From contig NW_025765159.1 of NCBI RefSeq assembly GCF_003918875.1, positions 1,798,001-1,862,000 of the forward strand: a DNA stretch of 64,000 bases. Reading direction: 5' to 3'. Below the pieces are notes generated by a model that saw nothing but the letters and a program-made list of their open reading frames with translations, was not told the origin of the DNA and did no database searches. A program made the position numbers and the translations under genes. Positions 11,063-22,737 of this stretch are shown here, piece by piece (the stretch's first letter is position 1; each line of letters opens with the position of its first letter). This DNA is from Haliotis rubra. Its lineage: Eukaryota.

Positions 11063-12718
11063 ACTTTAAATCAGTGGTAGGCATATTCGTTTTAATGCAG
11101 ATGTTGAAGAATTTGATACATCGATTCCGATTGGCCAATCTCAGGCGTCACTTGAAGTAAACATTTTTCTGACATCTCTTTTAACAATTCTTCATATTTT
11201 TTAATATGACCGTGCAATACTCGTGGAGGAGTTATAGCAATGCATGGATAGCGTCCGGTTGTCATGGACACAAGACGGGATTAACGTCACCCGAGTTGAA
11301 GGTTATGTCAATGTACTTGATTCCAAACCCAAACTCAATTCAATAAATAGGTGTTGTATTCATTCTGCTGGTTATGTATCGAAATTCACACTGACTCATA
11401 CGTTTGTTTTCATTGTATGAGGGTCCTGCCTCCAAAATCACAGGCATTTTCTCGGTCGGTACATACCGATGTACACATTGACACGCGTCTGTTTCAGAAT
11501 CATACAAATAAACAAAATGGATCGTGTTGCACCTTGTGGCAAATAACTACATCTTCTCGAATTGTTGTGAACAGCGCTTTAAGTTTATTTTACAAATGCA
11601 AAAACGATTGAAATACGCGTTGAACTATTTTACGAAGGTCATCGCAAGTCAAGTATCTTTAGTCAGTGTAGAACGTGTTTGTTTTGGGTTTCAGACAAGG
11701 CGTGACGTGACGTGACGTTTGTTTTCACTATATTCAATAGGATGCAATGCTCATTCTTTATCTATTAGGAACATGGACGTCAGAGGAATAATATATATGT
11801 GTTCCTCTGAGTCACAACGTTACACTCTACTTGACACCATCATTGACGTCAGTTTTATCTTTTGCATCTTTTTAAAAAGAAAATCATATTTGCATTTCCC
11901 TCGTGTAATTCGTCTAAGAATTCGGTTTTATTGTTACATGATAAATTTACACAATCATTAAACCTCAACATGTATGTTGAATTCAAGAAACACGTGTATG
12001 TATTTATAGACATTCCGCTAACGCTGAAGGAATCAACGTCAGCACATTTGTGAAGGTGAAGGTCTTTTTTGCACTTTGGTTAGAACTTTTTCAAATTAAA
12101 CAGTGTTTGTCAATGCTTTAAAAACTTAATTTAATGAATCGAAACACATACTTTGTATACACCGTTCCTGAAAACAGAAACAGTTTGTGCAAGCAAAGAA
12201 AAACCATACATGCTGTTAATCAGCATCGGAAACAAACAGTTTGATTGTTGCCATGGCTGTTTACTACACAAATCGCTGTTCAAGCTCCGTACAAGGTGAC
12301 CGGCGTTGTTGGTTGCTGACTCGGAGATTGTATGACCCTTCTCAGGTCAAACGAAAGTCCACAAAGGCTACAAGTGTGTGTCAACAGTTGTGCATCCCTA
12401 ACCTAACCCGTGCATTGGTTCAGGGATTTGAATTAGAGATTTTCATCAGTCAGTCTTGAATGGTCACTTGCTATGTACATTTTGTGTGATATAGTGCGAT
12501 GTGGGGAGTTATGCGACTCACGCTCGGAAACAATGACGTCTCTCGTCACCTAGACTGTCTCACATTCCCTGAATAGTTTCCCTTCCTCTCAGCCCTTTTG
12601 CCCTGAAGCCCTAAATAAAGCACGTCATATGTGAAACAAGCGGATGGTTATGTGAAACAATCGGACTGTAATGTGAAACAATCTTATGATCCTTAACCTG
12701 TGGGAGTAACATACTACT

Positions 12719-12902
12719 TAGTCTGTCTCACGTTCACTAAACCGCATCATTTTTCTTTCCAGCCAGCCCTATCTGCAAATGCTAAAGTCCTAAATGAAGC
12801 AAGTCTAGATTTCCTCAGGTTCTGAATCTCCCTTCTCACTGGGGTTCCTTTTCAATTTAAAATAAATTATCAAAATACTTTTCAGAGACTAAGCGTTAGT
12901 AT
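12719..12902 (-). mobile_element. TAGACTA-family MITE
   Basis: Reverse complement of the outer element at 1129. Confidence 0.75.
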
Positions 12903-12917
12903 ACTCGTCACCACTCG

Positions 12918-13078
12918 GGGCGGTGGTGTAGCCTAATGGTTAAAGCGTTTGCTCGTCACGCCGAAGACCCGGGTTCGAATCCCCGCATGGGCACAATGTG
13001 TGAAGCCAATTTCTGGTGTTCCCCGCCGTGATGTTGCTGGAATATTGCTAAAAGCGGCGTAAAACCAAACTCATTCAG
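12918..13078 (+). mobile_element. SINE-A with 13-bp TSD
   Basis: TSD TCGTCACCACTCG at 12905-12917 and 13079-13091. Confidence 0.92.
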
Positions 13079-13385
13079 TCGTCACCACTCGTACACTTCC
13101 GCAAACTGCAAGACGTCATTCGGCTTGTTCCGGAATGACACGAATGTGCTGCAGATAATTGTGTCTCGCTGTAAGCCATCTTGTCGTAAATCTGGAACAT
13201 ATACCAACGTATTATATCCGAGTTGCGGACTAGATGAATTATTCACGCCGTCATTTTGTAATTAGTCAAACCTGGAGTAGTCAGCTTTATGACAAAGCCT
13301 TAGCAATAAATGTCTGCATTAGATCACAATAAATAGAACATCAGTCGTTGGAAAACATGATGAGTTGATCAATGTAGGAAAGCAG

Positions 13386-13463
13386 CAGCCTGGTTCCCGG
13401 GGTCTGCTGCGCTAACGCTTCGACACTGAAACATTAGCGCAGCAGACCCCGGGAACCAGGCTG
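13386..13463. mobile_element. 78-bp fold-back MITE; second copy at 34527-34609
   Basis: Perfect arms CAGCCTGGTTCCCGGGGTCTGCTGCGCTAA / TTAGCGCAGCAGACCCCGGGAACCAGGCTG. 9-bp TSD G(G/A)AAAGCAG. Confidence 0.85.
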
Positions 13464-13820
13464 GAAAAGCAGCAGTACCATAAACTGGTTCCCGCCTCTC
13501 TGTGCGTTACCAACTCCAGATATGACGAGACGGAGCCAAGTTGATACCAATGTATCGCTACTTCAGAATCGTGATAGGTACTGACAGCAATGAATTATTC
13601 AGGAACGCCGGATCTTTTTGGATAAAGAACATTTATGGCAGAATTTCAAATATGGGCTGCTCTTGAAGTAGCAAGTCGCTTAATGTACTTGTGTTGTCTA
13701 TATCACTGGCACTTTGCATAAACAGACAGCGCTGTCAGCAAAGTACTCAGTTTTACCACTCGATTGAATGCTGCACGAGTACTTCTTAGCCAAGGGGATC
13801 AGCTTTATTAGTGAGAGTGC

Positions 13821-14007
13821 TAGTCTGTCATACAGACCCTGAAGCAAATATATCCATGAAAGCCCACGCAAGTCTAGAAAATGTGGCAAGTCTGGATCTC
13901 TGATAATGAAGAAAGTCTGAGCTCCTTTTTATTGTATTTATATGTTTAATTTAAAAACTTTTATTGTCTGTAAAATATGTTCACGTCAGAGACTAGCTGT
14001 TAGTCTG
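13821..14007 (-). mobile_element. TAGACTA-family MITE, 9-bp TSD
   Basis: TSD TGAGAGTGC at 13812-13820 and 14008-14016. Confidence 0.85.
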
Positions 14008-14540
14008 TGAGAGTGCCAGCTCCACCCAGTCCCCCCCAGGTATTACCCCTAATTCTATTTTTTCAACCCGGAGTCTCATCTGCTTGACACTTAACGTCTC
14101 ATCACGTTTGAAGGTTGATGTATGGTCTGACATTGATACTTTCGTATATGGCGATATTGTAATCCCACGTGCCAGTTACTGAAATATAACCCTATTGTGA
14201 CGAAATGTACGGATATTATTGAAGGGATCATGTATATGTATATTTCTCACTATAGATGATGTGTATGATATACGTTTTAACATATACCCTTGCTTAATAT
14301 TGCTGAGGTTGCCAAGCCCGAATATTCACTTTGTGCTTATAATCCTCGTATGTTACCATGACAACAAAACTCATCCATATCTTTCATAGTCAGTACCTTT
14401 GATACTTATTAATTATTTTGTAGGAGATAAGCGTACTGTGTATGAAAATTAGATGAATGTTAGACCGAACTAATAGTCGCTTCGATTCATTTGAAACCGA
14501 ACGCGTAGTACAACCGAACAGTACTGTAAAGTTAGAACGA

Positions 14541-14705
14541 GTGAGTGTGTTTAGTTTTATGCCGCTTTTAGCAATATTCCAGCAATATCACGGCTGGGGA
14601 CACCAGAAATGGGCTTCACATATTGTACCCATGTGGGGAATCGAACCCGGGTCTTCGGCGTGACGAGCGAACGCTTTAACCACTAGACTACCCCACCTCC
14701 CCCAG
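14541..14705 (-). mobile_element. SINE-A with 10-bp TSD, inserted in a Tc1/pogo-like MITE remnant
   Basis: TSD GTTAGAACGA at 14531-14540 and 14706-14715. Confidence 0.9.
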
Positions 14706-15520
14706 GTTAGAACGAACTCAAAGGGACCTCTAATTTGAGTTCGCTTTAACCGTAGTTCGTTATACTCATTTCGACTAAAACATATAGCACGTAACAGGCA
14801 CAAAAACAATTCGTCATATTCGTCAGTTCGTTATAAGCGTAGTATATTGTGTATTGATAAGTAAAAGGATTTATCACATCAAACTCAACATAACTTCGAC
14901 AGTTATTCTTCTGCAAGACTTCATTGAAAACGATGGTGAATATAGGTCAATATACAACGTATATTGTTAAACAATTAAATGTCACGCAAATGCACCCTTT
15001 AGCGGAAGATGCGTACTTTAAGTGTGATGTTAAGAGATGAAAGTAACTGTTTAATGAAAGAACATCCTTGTGTCGCAGACGCTGAACCGAATCAACTGTC
15101 ATGTAATAATGTACAGGATGCACAAACACAGGCGCACATGCGGCATAACGGGAGTACGGTTGACGTAAGGATAGTGTAAACAGTGAGGCTGTGGTCGGGC
15201 GACTTGTGAAGCGAAGCACGGAAATGTGTGTGTTCTCATGCAGATATAGGTGTTTGACAGGGCGGTCGTTTTTAACATGTTTTCTTTTAACATGTTTTAT
15301 TAAAGTGCATAAAGATTGTTTTTTTCTGTCTGCTTGTTTAAATGTTTGCGAACACGAGATGCAGCGGATGAGTAGTGTTGATATTGCGGTGATGAATATT
15401 GCAAGTGTGTCTTTTTGTTTAATTTACGTGTGTAAGAAATAACAAATGGGGGTTTGTGGGCACACGTAGTCCAATGGTGTAAAGCATCTTTGTGAGTCAG
15501 AGTCCCAGAATTTGCCAATT

Positions 15521-15521
<1 letters not shown>

Positions 15522-15558
<37 letters not shown>

Positions 15559-15603
15559 CGAGAGGTCGAGAGAGAGAGGTCGAGAGAGAGGTCGAGAGAG
15601 GTC

Positions 15604-15634
<31 letters not shown>

Positions 15635-15660
15635 AGAGAGGGAGAGAGAGAGAGAGAGAG
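15522..15660. repeat. (GA)n microsatellite with GGTC interruptions
   Basis: Direct inspection. Confidence 0.95.
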
Positions 15661-16342
15661 TTTCGGAGGATAAGTAGGTAAGTGGGTGTATCAAACGATG
15701 GTCGATGACTAAAAGGGGAATAGTTTGTTGCACTTAGCAGTATTCCAATGATGTGACGGCAGTCTGTACATAGACTATTCACACTTTGCTAAATCATGGA
15801 TTCAACAGAAAACTATGATATGGACTTTCGGATGTTTAAATACCTAAGCTTATTGTAAGCATGGATCCTAAGTTTCTGTATGTCACTGCATCTTGTGGAT
15901 CCTATACCTGCTACTGACAGGTGTTGTGTATTTATGAATGACTCGTTCCATGATTTGCAAAATGGTTGATTGGTGCCATCAAAACCATTTTTATGGTTAC
16001 TCATGTATCAAGTGCATAAGGTTAGATTAAAGTGACTGTTTGCCTAAAGAGGGGTTACCATATTATTATTTATCCAGTTTTAAATGGATACAATTTCAAA
16101 TTATGAGTCTACGTTTAAGTGAAGTTGTGAATTTTTGTGATCCTTGGCAAAGTGTAAGTAGTGACTGACATTATGAGAATCGCGGCACCATGACATGGAC
16201 CGATTCTGCGAGTCCGACCATCTGATCCCTGTAGACCCTCCTTACAACCGATGGTATAAGACCAGCTCGAACCCGGGTCTTCCAGGACCTCGAGGGATAG
16301 TGAGTATCCAGTCTTTGTATCGAGGGGGTAACGATTCGATGT

Positions 16343-16631
16343 GAGCGAGTGAGTTTAGTTTTACGCCGCTTTCAGCAATATTCCCGCAATATCACGGCGG
16401 GGACGCCAGAACGATTCGATGTACCGAGAGATATGCTTTGTGGTTACCGCAGTGTTTATTACTCGTTTAGGGGCGGTGGTAGTCTTGTGGTTAAAGCGTT
16501 CGCTCGTCACGCCAAGAACCAGAGTTAGATTCCCCACGTGGGTACAATATCTGAAGCCCATTTCTAGTGTCCCCCGCCGTGATATTGCTGGAATATTGCT
16601 AAAAGCGGCGTAAAACCATACTCACCCACTC
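16343..16631. mobile_element. 5'-truncated minus-strand SINE-A (16343-16409) followed by a full plus-strand SINE-A (16470-16631)
   Basis: The truncated copy has TSD AACGATTCGATGT. The two copies form a local inverted repeat. Confidence 0.85.
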
Positions 16632-17187
16632 CTCTTATAACACATATGCAGTGTGAGGTTGGAATCCGTTAATTCCATCCTCCCAACATAATTAGAATGA
16701 GAATCAGGCGGAGGAGCATCTTCAGCTCCCTCGAGCATCCCAAACTGGAAACAGACGGAAAACCACTGTTAGTTTGTAACCTTTCCAGTTCTCCGCAACC
16801 TCGTGCTAAATATTACCCCAGTTCTCCTGGATGTATGCACAGCATCTATCTATATGTGTTTAGTAAGCCTTTGTCGTCCTGACTCCGGCAGATGGTGCAC
16901 AGAACAGCGAAAAAGGGAGGCTCAATTGTTGTTGTGTTGTGACGAGAGCTTCGTTCACTGGCGCATTGTCATACATAACGCGTGGACTCCGAGCGCTAAT
17001 GTGGATTAATAACCCATGGTAGTTATGTCCAAATTCCAATGAGGCCCGGAATCAGGTTGGCAAGAGTGTCGAGTGGTTTCCTTCATGGGGATGTGCTGTA
17101 TTGTTGTTTATCTGAGTGACAAGCGCTAATATCCTTCGGACGCTAGGACAGCGAGGACACAGTCAACATCACTGACACACTCACGAC

Positions 17188-17206
17188 ATGGCTACGGAAT
17201 ACCAAG
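17188..17206 (+). CDS. M6: Proteolipid M6/PLP-family gene, putative coding exon 1 (MATEYQ + G)
   Basis: ATG in good context (GACATGG) with an in-frame TGA 15 nt upstream. The donor G|GTTTGT is phase 1, matching the phase-1 acceptor of the next exon (G+TT=Val). The exon is short, so it is less certain. Confidence 0.55.
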
Positions 17207-18124
17207 GTTTGTAACAGCACAGAACATCAATAAGATATGTTTAGCATCTGGATCACAGCCAGTGGTTCCGCCATTGCGCACACCTCTGACATACTATCAT
17301 ACCAGGCTGTGTAATCATTGTGTAATATTCGGAGTAATGTTGTTTCATATTCCCTGTTTTCTGTCTTATTCGTTATATTGCTATACGGTAACGCTTATGT
17401 GATTTGTACACAATTTAACTCATTATGGCGTAAGTGATACGACGGTCTGAAGCAAGGTGGGTTTTTACCTCCTAGTGATTTCCACTCAAGCTTACAGCTG
17501 CGTGCTAAGTTTACCTCAAGGTGAAACTGTGTCTGTTTGATGTATGCATACTTCTGTTTTTGCTCATATTCTCGCCGGGCTATGAGTTTGGAGTTGCATT
17601 GCTCTATTAATTATGTTTCTGGAACTCCTTGGCAATGTTTATGCAGCAGTAATTACTCACGAATCGGGTGTGGTTTTAGAATGTTTATATAGCATGGATT
17701 ACAAGTATTCACATAGTTCGGCTGGAAATATTTCAAATAGACGAAAGCTGACAATTATTACTGGTTTCCTTTTCCTGAAATATTAAATCGTGAATAATGA
17801 GGATAGTCGCTCGACGGGAGCGATGATCCAGAAATGAGAGATATTTTTAGTGGGCCCGGAGTGTTGCATCAGGTCTGGTTATTTCATCTCGACCGTGTTT
17901 GTGCTGTTGTCACGTTTGATAGCCTCTCTTAAGAATATCGAGTGTGTGTTCAAATATGGGCGGATGTTTTGTCAGTCTCATATGGGTGGATCCTGAAAAT
18001 GGAATATCAACCGGTGCCATATGTAAATATCTCGAAGACCCCCTCCTTGGTTCAGGCTTATTATGGAAGATGATATCGAGAACTAAAGTTGTTGAAGCAG
18101 CCTCCACCATCCTCGTCAACAAGA

Positions 18125-18498
18125 AGGGCGGTGCGGTAGCCTGATGGTTAAAGCGTCCGCTCGTCACGCTGAATACTCGGGTTCGATTCCCCATATGGGT
18201 ACAATGTGTGAAGTCCATTTCTGGTGTCCCCTGCCGTGATATTGCTGGAATGTAATGCACTCACTCACTCACTTGCTCCTCATTCACTCACAACTGATGG
18301 GAGGGGCGGTGGGGTAGCCTAGTGGTTAAAGCGTTCGCTCGTCACGCCGAAGACCCGGGTTCGATTCCCCACATGGGTACAATGCGTGAAGCCCATTTCT
18401 GGTGTCCCCAGCCGTGATATTGCTGGAATATTGCTAAAAGCGGCGTAAAACCACTCACTCACTCACTCACTCACTCACTCACTCACTCACTCACTCAC
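18125..18498 (+). mobile_element. Two tandem SINE-A copies (about 18125-18272; 18303-18498) in intron 1
   Basis: The second copy is essentially consensus, with a long (ACTC)n tail and TSD ACTGATGGGA. Confidence 0.92.
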
Positions 18499-18958
18499 TA
18501 CTGATGGGATCGGTTGATCTAGATTTGATTATGCATCTCATCATATCTCAAATTCTCATGATGTCAATTACTGGTTTGTCTGGTCCAGACGCAATTACTG
18601 TCTGACTGTTGTCATTTAGCTTGAGTATATTGCGGGATGCGGTGTTAAACAACATGCACTCGCTCACACGTGTTTTGGTATAAGGGGAAATAGCCAGACT
18701 GAGACTGAAACTGTAGGTAAATCCATGATCGAGAACGAGAAGTCAGCTAGCAATTAATACAAGTAGAGAGAAACAAATCACCAACCATGTCGTCATTCTG
18801 CACATTCGAGTTGAAACATGCAGTTACAGTCTCTGACTTTAACATGGTGTATGTTTAATTTAATTTGTTTAATTAATCGAGATCAAACGTGGCCTGCTCT
18901 TAATGTGGACATTACGTGTTTGTTTTCAAGGGTTTGTCAAACGTTACACTGAATTATG

Positions 18959-19070
18959 GGTACGGATGGCGTTGCAGAGTTGCATCCCTTGGGTGTGCCA
19001 GAATATTGTGATCGTAGGTTCGAATCCTGGTTCGTCCTAACCATGTTTCTATGTTTGCCAGTACCCATAC
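18959..19070 (+). mobile_element. Dispersed repeat with B-box-like GGTTCGAATCC (SINE-D); other copies at about 23510-23612 and 62535-62640
   Basis: Shared string GGTACGGA..CAGAGTTG..TCCCTTG.GTGTGCCAGAA..ATGATCGT.GGTTCGAATCCT. Confidence 0.65.
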
Positions 19071-19343
19071 CGAAATCACTCAACATTACGTCAATCAAAT
19101 ATCTTCTTTTTGTGATAGAATATTAGCTGATTCCATAAACTAAAATCTCATGAAGATGGGGTAAAACCGTTCTCCATCAACCCTGCTTGTCGTAAGAGGC
19201 GACTGTCGGCATAGCGTGGTCAGGCTCGGGGTTGATGCATGTCGTTCTATCCCAGTATAGTAGGTTGATTCTCATGCGGACTCAATTCTTTACAGCTCGT
19301 TGTGGAATTGCTGAACTATTGCAGTGTTTTCTGTTAACAAACA

Positions 19344-19513
19344 AGGGGCGGTGGGGTAGCCTAGTGGTTAAAGCGTTAGCTCGTCACGCCGAAGACCCGG
19401 GTTTGATTCCCCACATGGGCACAATGTGTGGAGCCCATTTCTGGTGTCCCCCGCCGTGATATTGCTGGAATATTGCTAAAAGCGGAGTAAAACTAAACTC
19501 AGTCAGTCAGTCA
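19344..19513 (+). mobile_element. SINE-A about 70 nt upstream of the exon 2 acceptor
   Basis: TSD TGTTAACAAACAA; (AGTC)n tail. Confidence 0.92.
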
Positions 19514-19585
19514 GTGTTAACAAACAAAGTATTGCTACTTCTTTGAATGACAGGCGACATAATGTTTTGTTTTTTTGTATTTCAG

Positions 19586-19748
19586 TTCGAGGAGACACGT
19601 GCTGTGACAAATTCCTGAGATGTTTATCGCACGTTCCATGCGCGTCTCTCATCGCCTGGATTATCCTCTTCATGGGGCTTGGCGGGGTGACCGGAAGTCT
19701 CCTCATTGGGACTTACAAGACAAGAGCTCTCTTGGAGAACCCTGACGT
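19586..19748 (+). CDS. M6: Proteolipid M6/PLP-family exon 2 (N-terminal Cys cluster + TM1)
   Basis: Acceptor TTTTTTGTATTTCAG, donor GTAAGT. Encodes (V)RGDTCCDKFLRCLSHVPCASLIAWIILFMGLGGVTGSLLIGTYKTRALLENPD, which matches the PLP/M6 signature CCxxCLxxvPyASLiAt. Confidence 0.9.
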
Positions 19749-20110
19749 GTAAGTATACAGTAACCATGGCAACACACTTACATGCTCATTTTCAGTTACC
19801 ATCCTTTAAGTGTGTAGCCTTCCTACTGAATTTTCAGCCGCGGGAAATGAGGGCCAGTGACCCCGTCGAGCCTCATGACGCCATTATCATGATGACTTGG
19901 GAAGGTTGAGGAAACGGAAATTGTATGGTTAATTTGAATGTGAATGGATGTATATGTTAAAACACCGACAGGAGGAGGATACAGAGTGTGTTCACATCCT
20001 ACAACCACTGGGGGATTGTAATGACAAATGTCACCACTAAAAATTTGCACATCGTGGAACACACACAGACACGACATATACTGATGACAAAACAAGACTG
20101 GTGTTGAAAA

Positions 20111-20660
20111 CGGGTTAGAATTGGTCCCGTGTAACCTGCACTTGTTACAACATTACTGACGACCAAACTGGACTTGTGTTGAAGAGAGGGTGATGTCGGG
20201 TTAGAATTGGTCCCGTGTAACCTGCACTTGTTACAACATTACTGACGACCAAACTGGACTTGTGTTGAAGAGAGGGTGATGTCGGGTTAGAATTGGTCCC
20301 GTGTAACCTGCCCTTGTTACAACATTACTGACGACCAAACTGGACTTGTGTTGAAGAGAGGGTGACATCGGGTTAGAATTGGTCCCGTGTAACCTGCCCT
20401 TGTTACAACATTACTGACGACCAAACTGGACTTGTGTTGAAGAGAGGGTGACATCGGGTTAGAATTGGTCCCGTGTAACCTGCCCTTGTTACAACATTAC
20501 TGACGACCAAACTGGACTTGTGTTGAAGAGAGGGTGATATCGGGTTAGAATTGGTCTCGTGTAACCTGCCCTTGTTACAACATTACTGACGACCAAACTG
20601 GACTTGTGTTGAGAACATGGTGATGTCGGGTTTGAATAGGTCCCATATAACTTAAACCTG
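20111..20660. repeat. 86-bp tandem repeat, about 6.3 copies
   Basis: Units start CGGGTTAGAATTGGTCCCGTGTAACC at 20111, 20197, 20283 and onward. Confidence 0.97.
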
Positions 20661-21499
20661 TTAGAACATGCTACGATGGGGATCGGGTGGTCGGGATCGC
20701 TGTCGTGTTGATTGTTAACCTGGCGTGGTGAGGATGTAGGTCTTTGGTTTGTCTAGTCCAGACCCTGCTATGTACATGTTGGCTTTGTGTAGCTGCAATT
20801 TGTCTGGCCGCGCCGTATAAAGAAGGAATAATGAATCAAACTGATGCGGAGGACAAAAATGGTCAAGGGGGAGACCATGACTCAATCAAGGGCTACAGCG
20901 AGTAATGTGTGCGCGCGCATGTGTGCGTGGAAGTGGGAGGAGTGTAGTGTAGCCACAGGTGACCACAGTCCAGCTCAGTCACAGCGACCAGTTTCGAGGG
21001 CAAGGCACACCAGAACCCCAAACCGCATACAGTCAACTAGAACCAATCCACCTGATCTTAACAGTCAACCCTGGGGCACATTCTTACCCGATATCACCAG
21101 GCGGACTACAACTACAAATCTATGGGGAGAGGGGTGGGGAGACTATGACAATTAGAAACCTTAAATCTCCTCTGACTTTGACACCAACATCCAAGACGGT
21201 TTTGACTGATGGCGACACAACCTTAGACGGCATCGAGTTCTTTATCTGATCTAAGAAACTCAAACTGCTGTCCTCTCAATAATCGCCCTTGGCCTGACTC
21301 TGATAGCATTAAATGTAATTTTATGGCAGCGCTTCAAAGGTGCCTGGCTTTTCTGGCTATTGACATGGCTGAAGCTGCCATTGGTTCCTGAGCTGGAAGC
21401 ATTTTTGGCAAAAATGGACATTGTTAGTTTGACGCACAACTAAAATGGCACCGTTAATGACAGACGCAGGTCACATTGACCATCAGACAAACTTTACAG

Positions 21500-21955
21500 G
21501 CAGTCGCGCAATACACCATGTAGGTCAGTCACACACCAGACAGATCACACAATACATCAGACAGGTTCGTCACACAATACACAAGGCAGGTCACACAATA
21601 CACCAGACCGGTCACACAATACACCAGACCGGTCAGTCACACAATACATTAGACAGGTCACACAATACACCAGACCGGTCAGTCACACAATACACCAGAG
21701 GTTCACACAATACACAATACACCAGACCGGTCATCACACAATACACCAGACAGGTCACACAATACACCAGACAGGTCACACAATACACCAGACCAGGTCA
21801 CACAATACACCAGACAGGTCACACAATACACCAGACAGGTCACACAATACACCAGACAGGTCACACAATACACCAGACAGGTCACACAATACACCAGACA
21901 GGTCACACAATACACCAGACAGGTCACACAATACACCAGACCGGTCAGTCACACA
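21500..21955. repeat. 21-bp minisatellite
   Basis: GGTCACACAATACACCAGACA. Confidence 0.95.
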
Positions 21956-22548
21956 TGTGCTTCTATGCTTGGGTCACAAGCATCACCGAGGGGATGTCGC
22001 TGTTTGTCAGCCTGCCTTGTTGTTGCAGGCGAAGTGTCCATGAGTATAACGTCGACAACGGCACTATCAGCAGGAAAATAGATGAACCCATGGAGGGACA
22101 GATGTGAGTGGGCACATACTTCTAAACCTACCGTTTGCCTCATGCTTCCTCGCCTGCATGTTTCATTCTCCATCGCTAACCCTTATGAAGCAACGCTCTT
22201 TACAAGCTTATAACATCTATCCACTCGTTTTATGACCATTTACTGTTGAAAAGTAACAGCTGACTCTCTGTTGTCAGAATGATTGCCTGGGAAATATGTA
22301 AACACGTTTATGCTATATGTTTCATATTCAGTACAAAATCGATAGTAGTGTCAAATATCAGAGGAAGGCGGTACTGCTGTGAGTGTTGATGCGAGGAGAG
22401 GATAATATAAACAAACTTTAGTTTGAGCTTGTGAGGCATCTTGTGTAGGTCATCTACGTGATGAGGCAAAATAGATGCGATACTGCACGTGTGTGAATGA
22501 ATGCTTCAAGCAAATGTGAGAATCGTTTGGCAAGTTAATATTGAGAAG

Positions 22549-22737
22549 ACCCGTGAAGATCCTGTTCGGGATCGGGTGGTCATTCTCGCTGACTTGGTTG
22601 AAGCAGGTCATCGTATCCCAACAGCGGAGATCGATGCTCATATTGTCAATCACCGGATTGTCTGGTCAAGACTCGATTATTTACAGACCGGCTTCAGAGG
22701 CATATTGCTCAGCGTCAATCAAACAAATAAATAAACA
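22549..22737 (+). mobile_element. SINE-B with a deletion in the head
   Basis: ACCCGTGAAGATCC..GGGATCGGGTGGTC. Confidence 0.8.

Noticed and set aside
18303-18375. tRNA-Asp(GTC) gene calls at SINE-A heads
   Set aside because: The acceptor stem is incomplete, and the heads continue into a shared SINE body, tail and TSD in about 30 copies.
20111-20660. Regular arrays (86, 97, 46, 33 bp) as CRISPR-like loci
   Set aside because: The units are fully repeated with no unique spacers, there are no cas genes, and the context is eukaryotic.
21445-22107. 220-aa ORF with GHTIHQT repeats
   Set aside because: It derives from the 21-bp minisatellite, has mixed frames, and has no splice or homology support.
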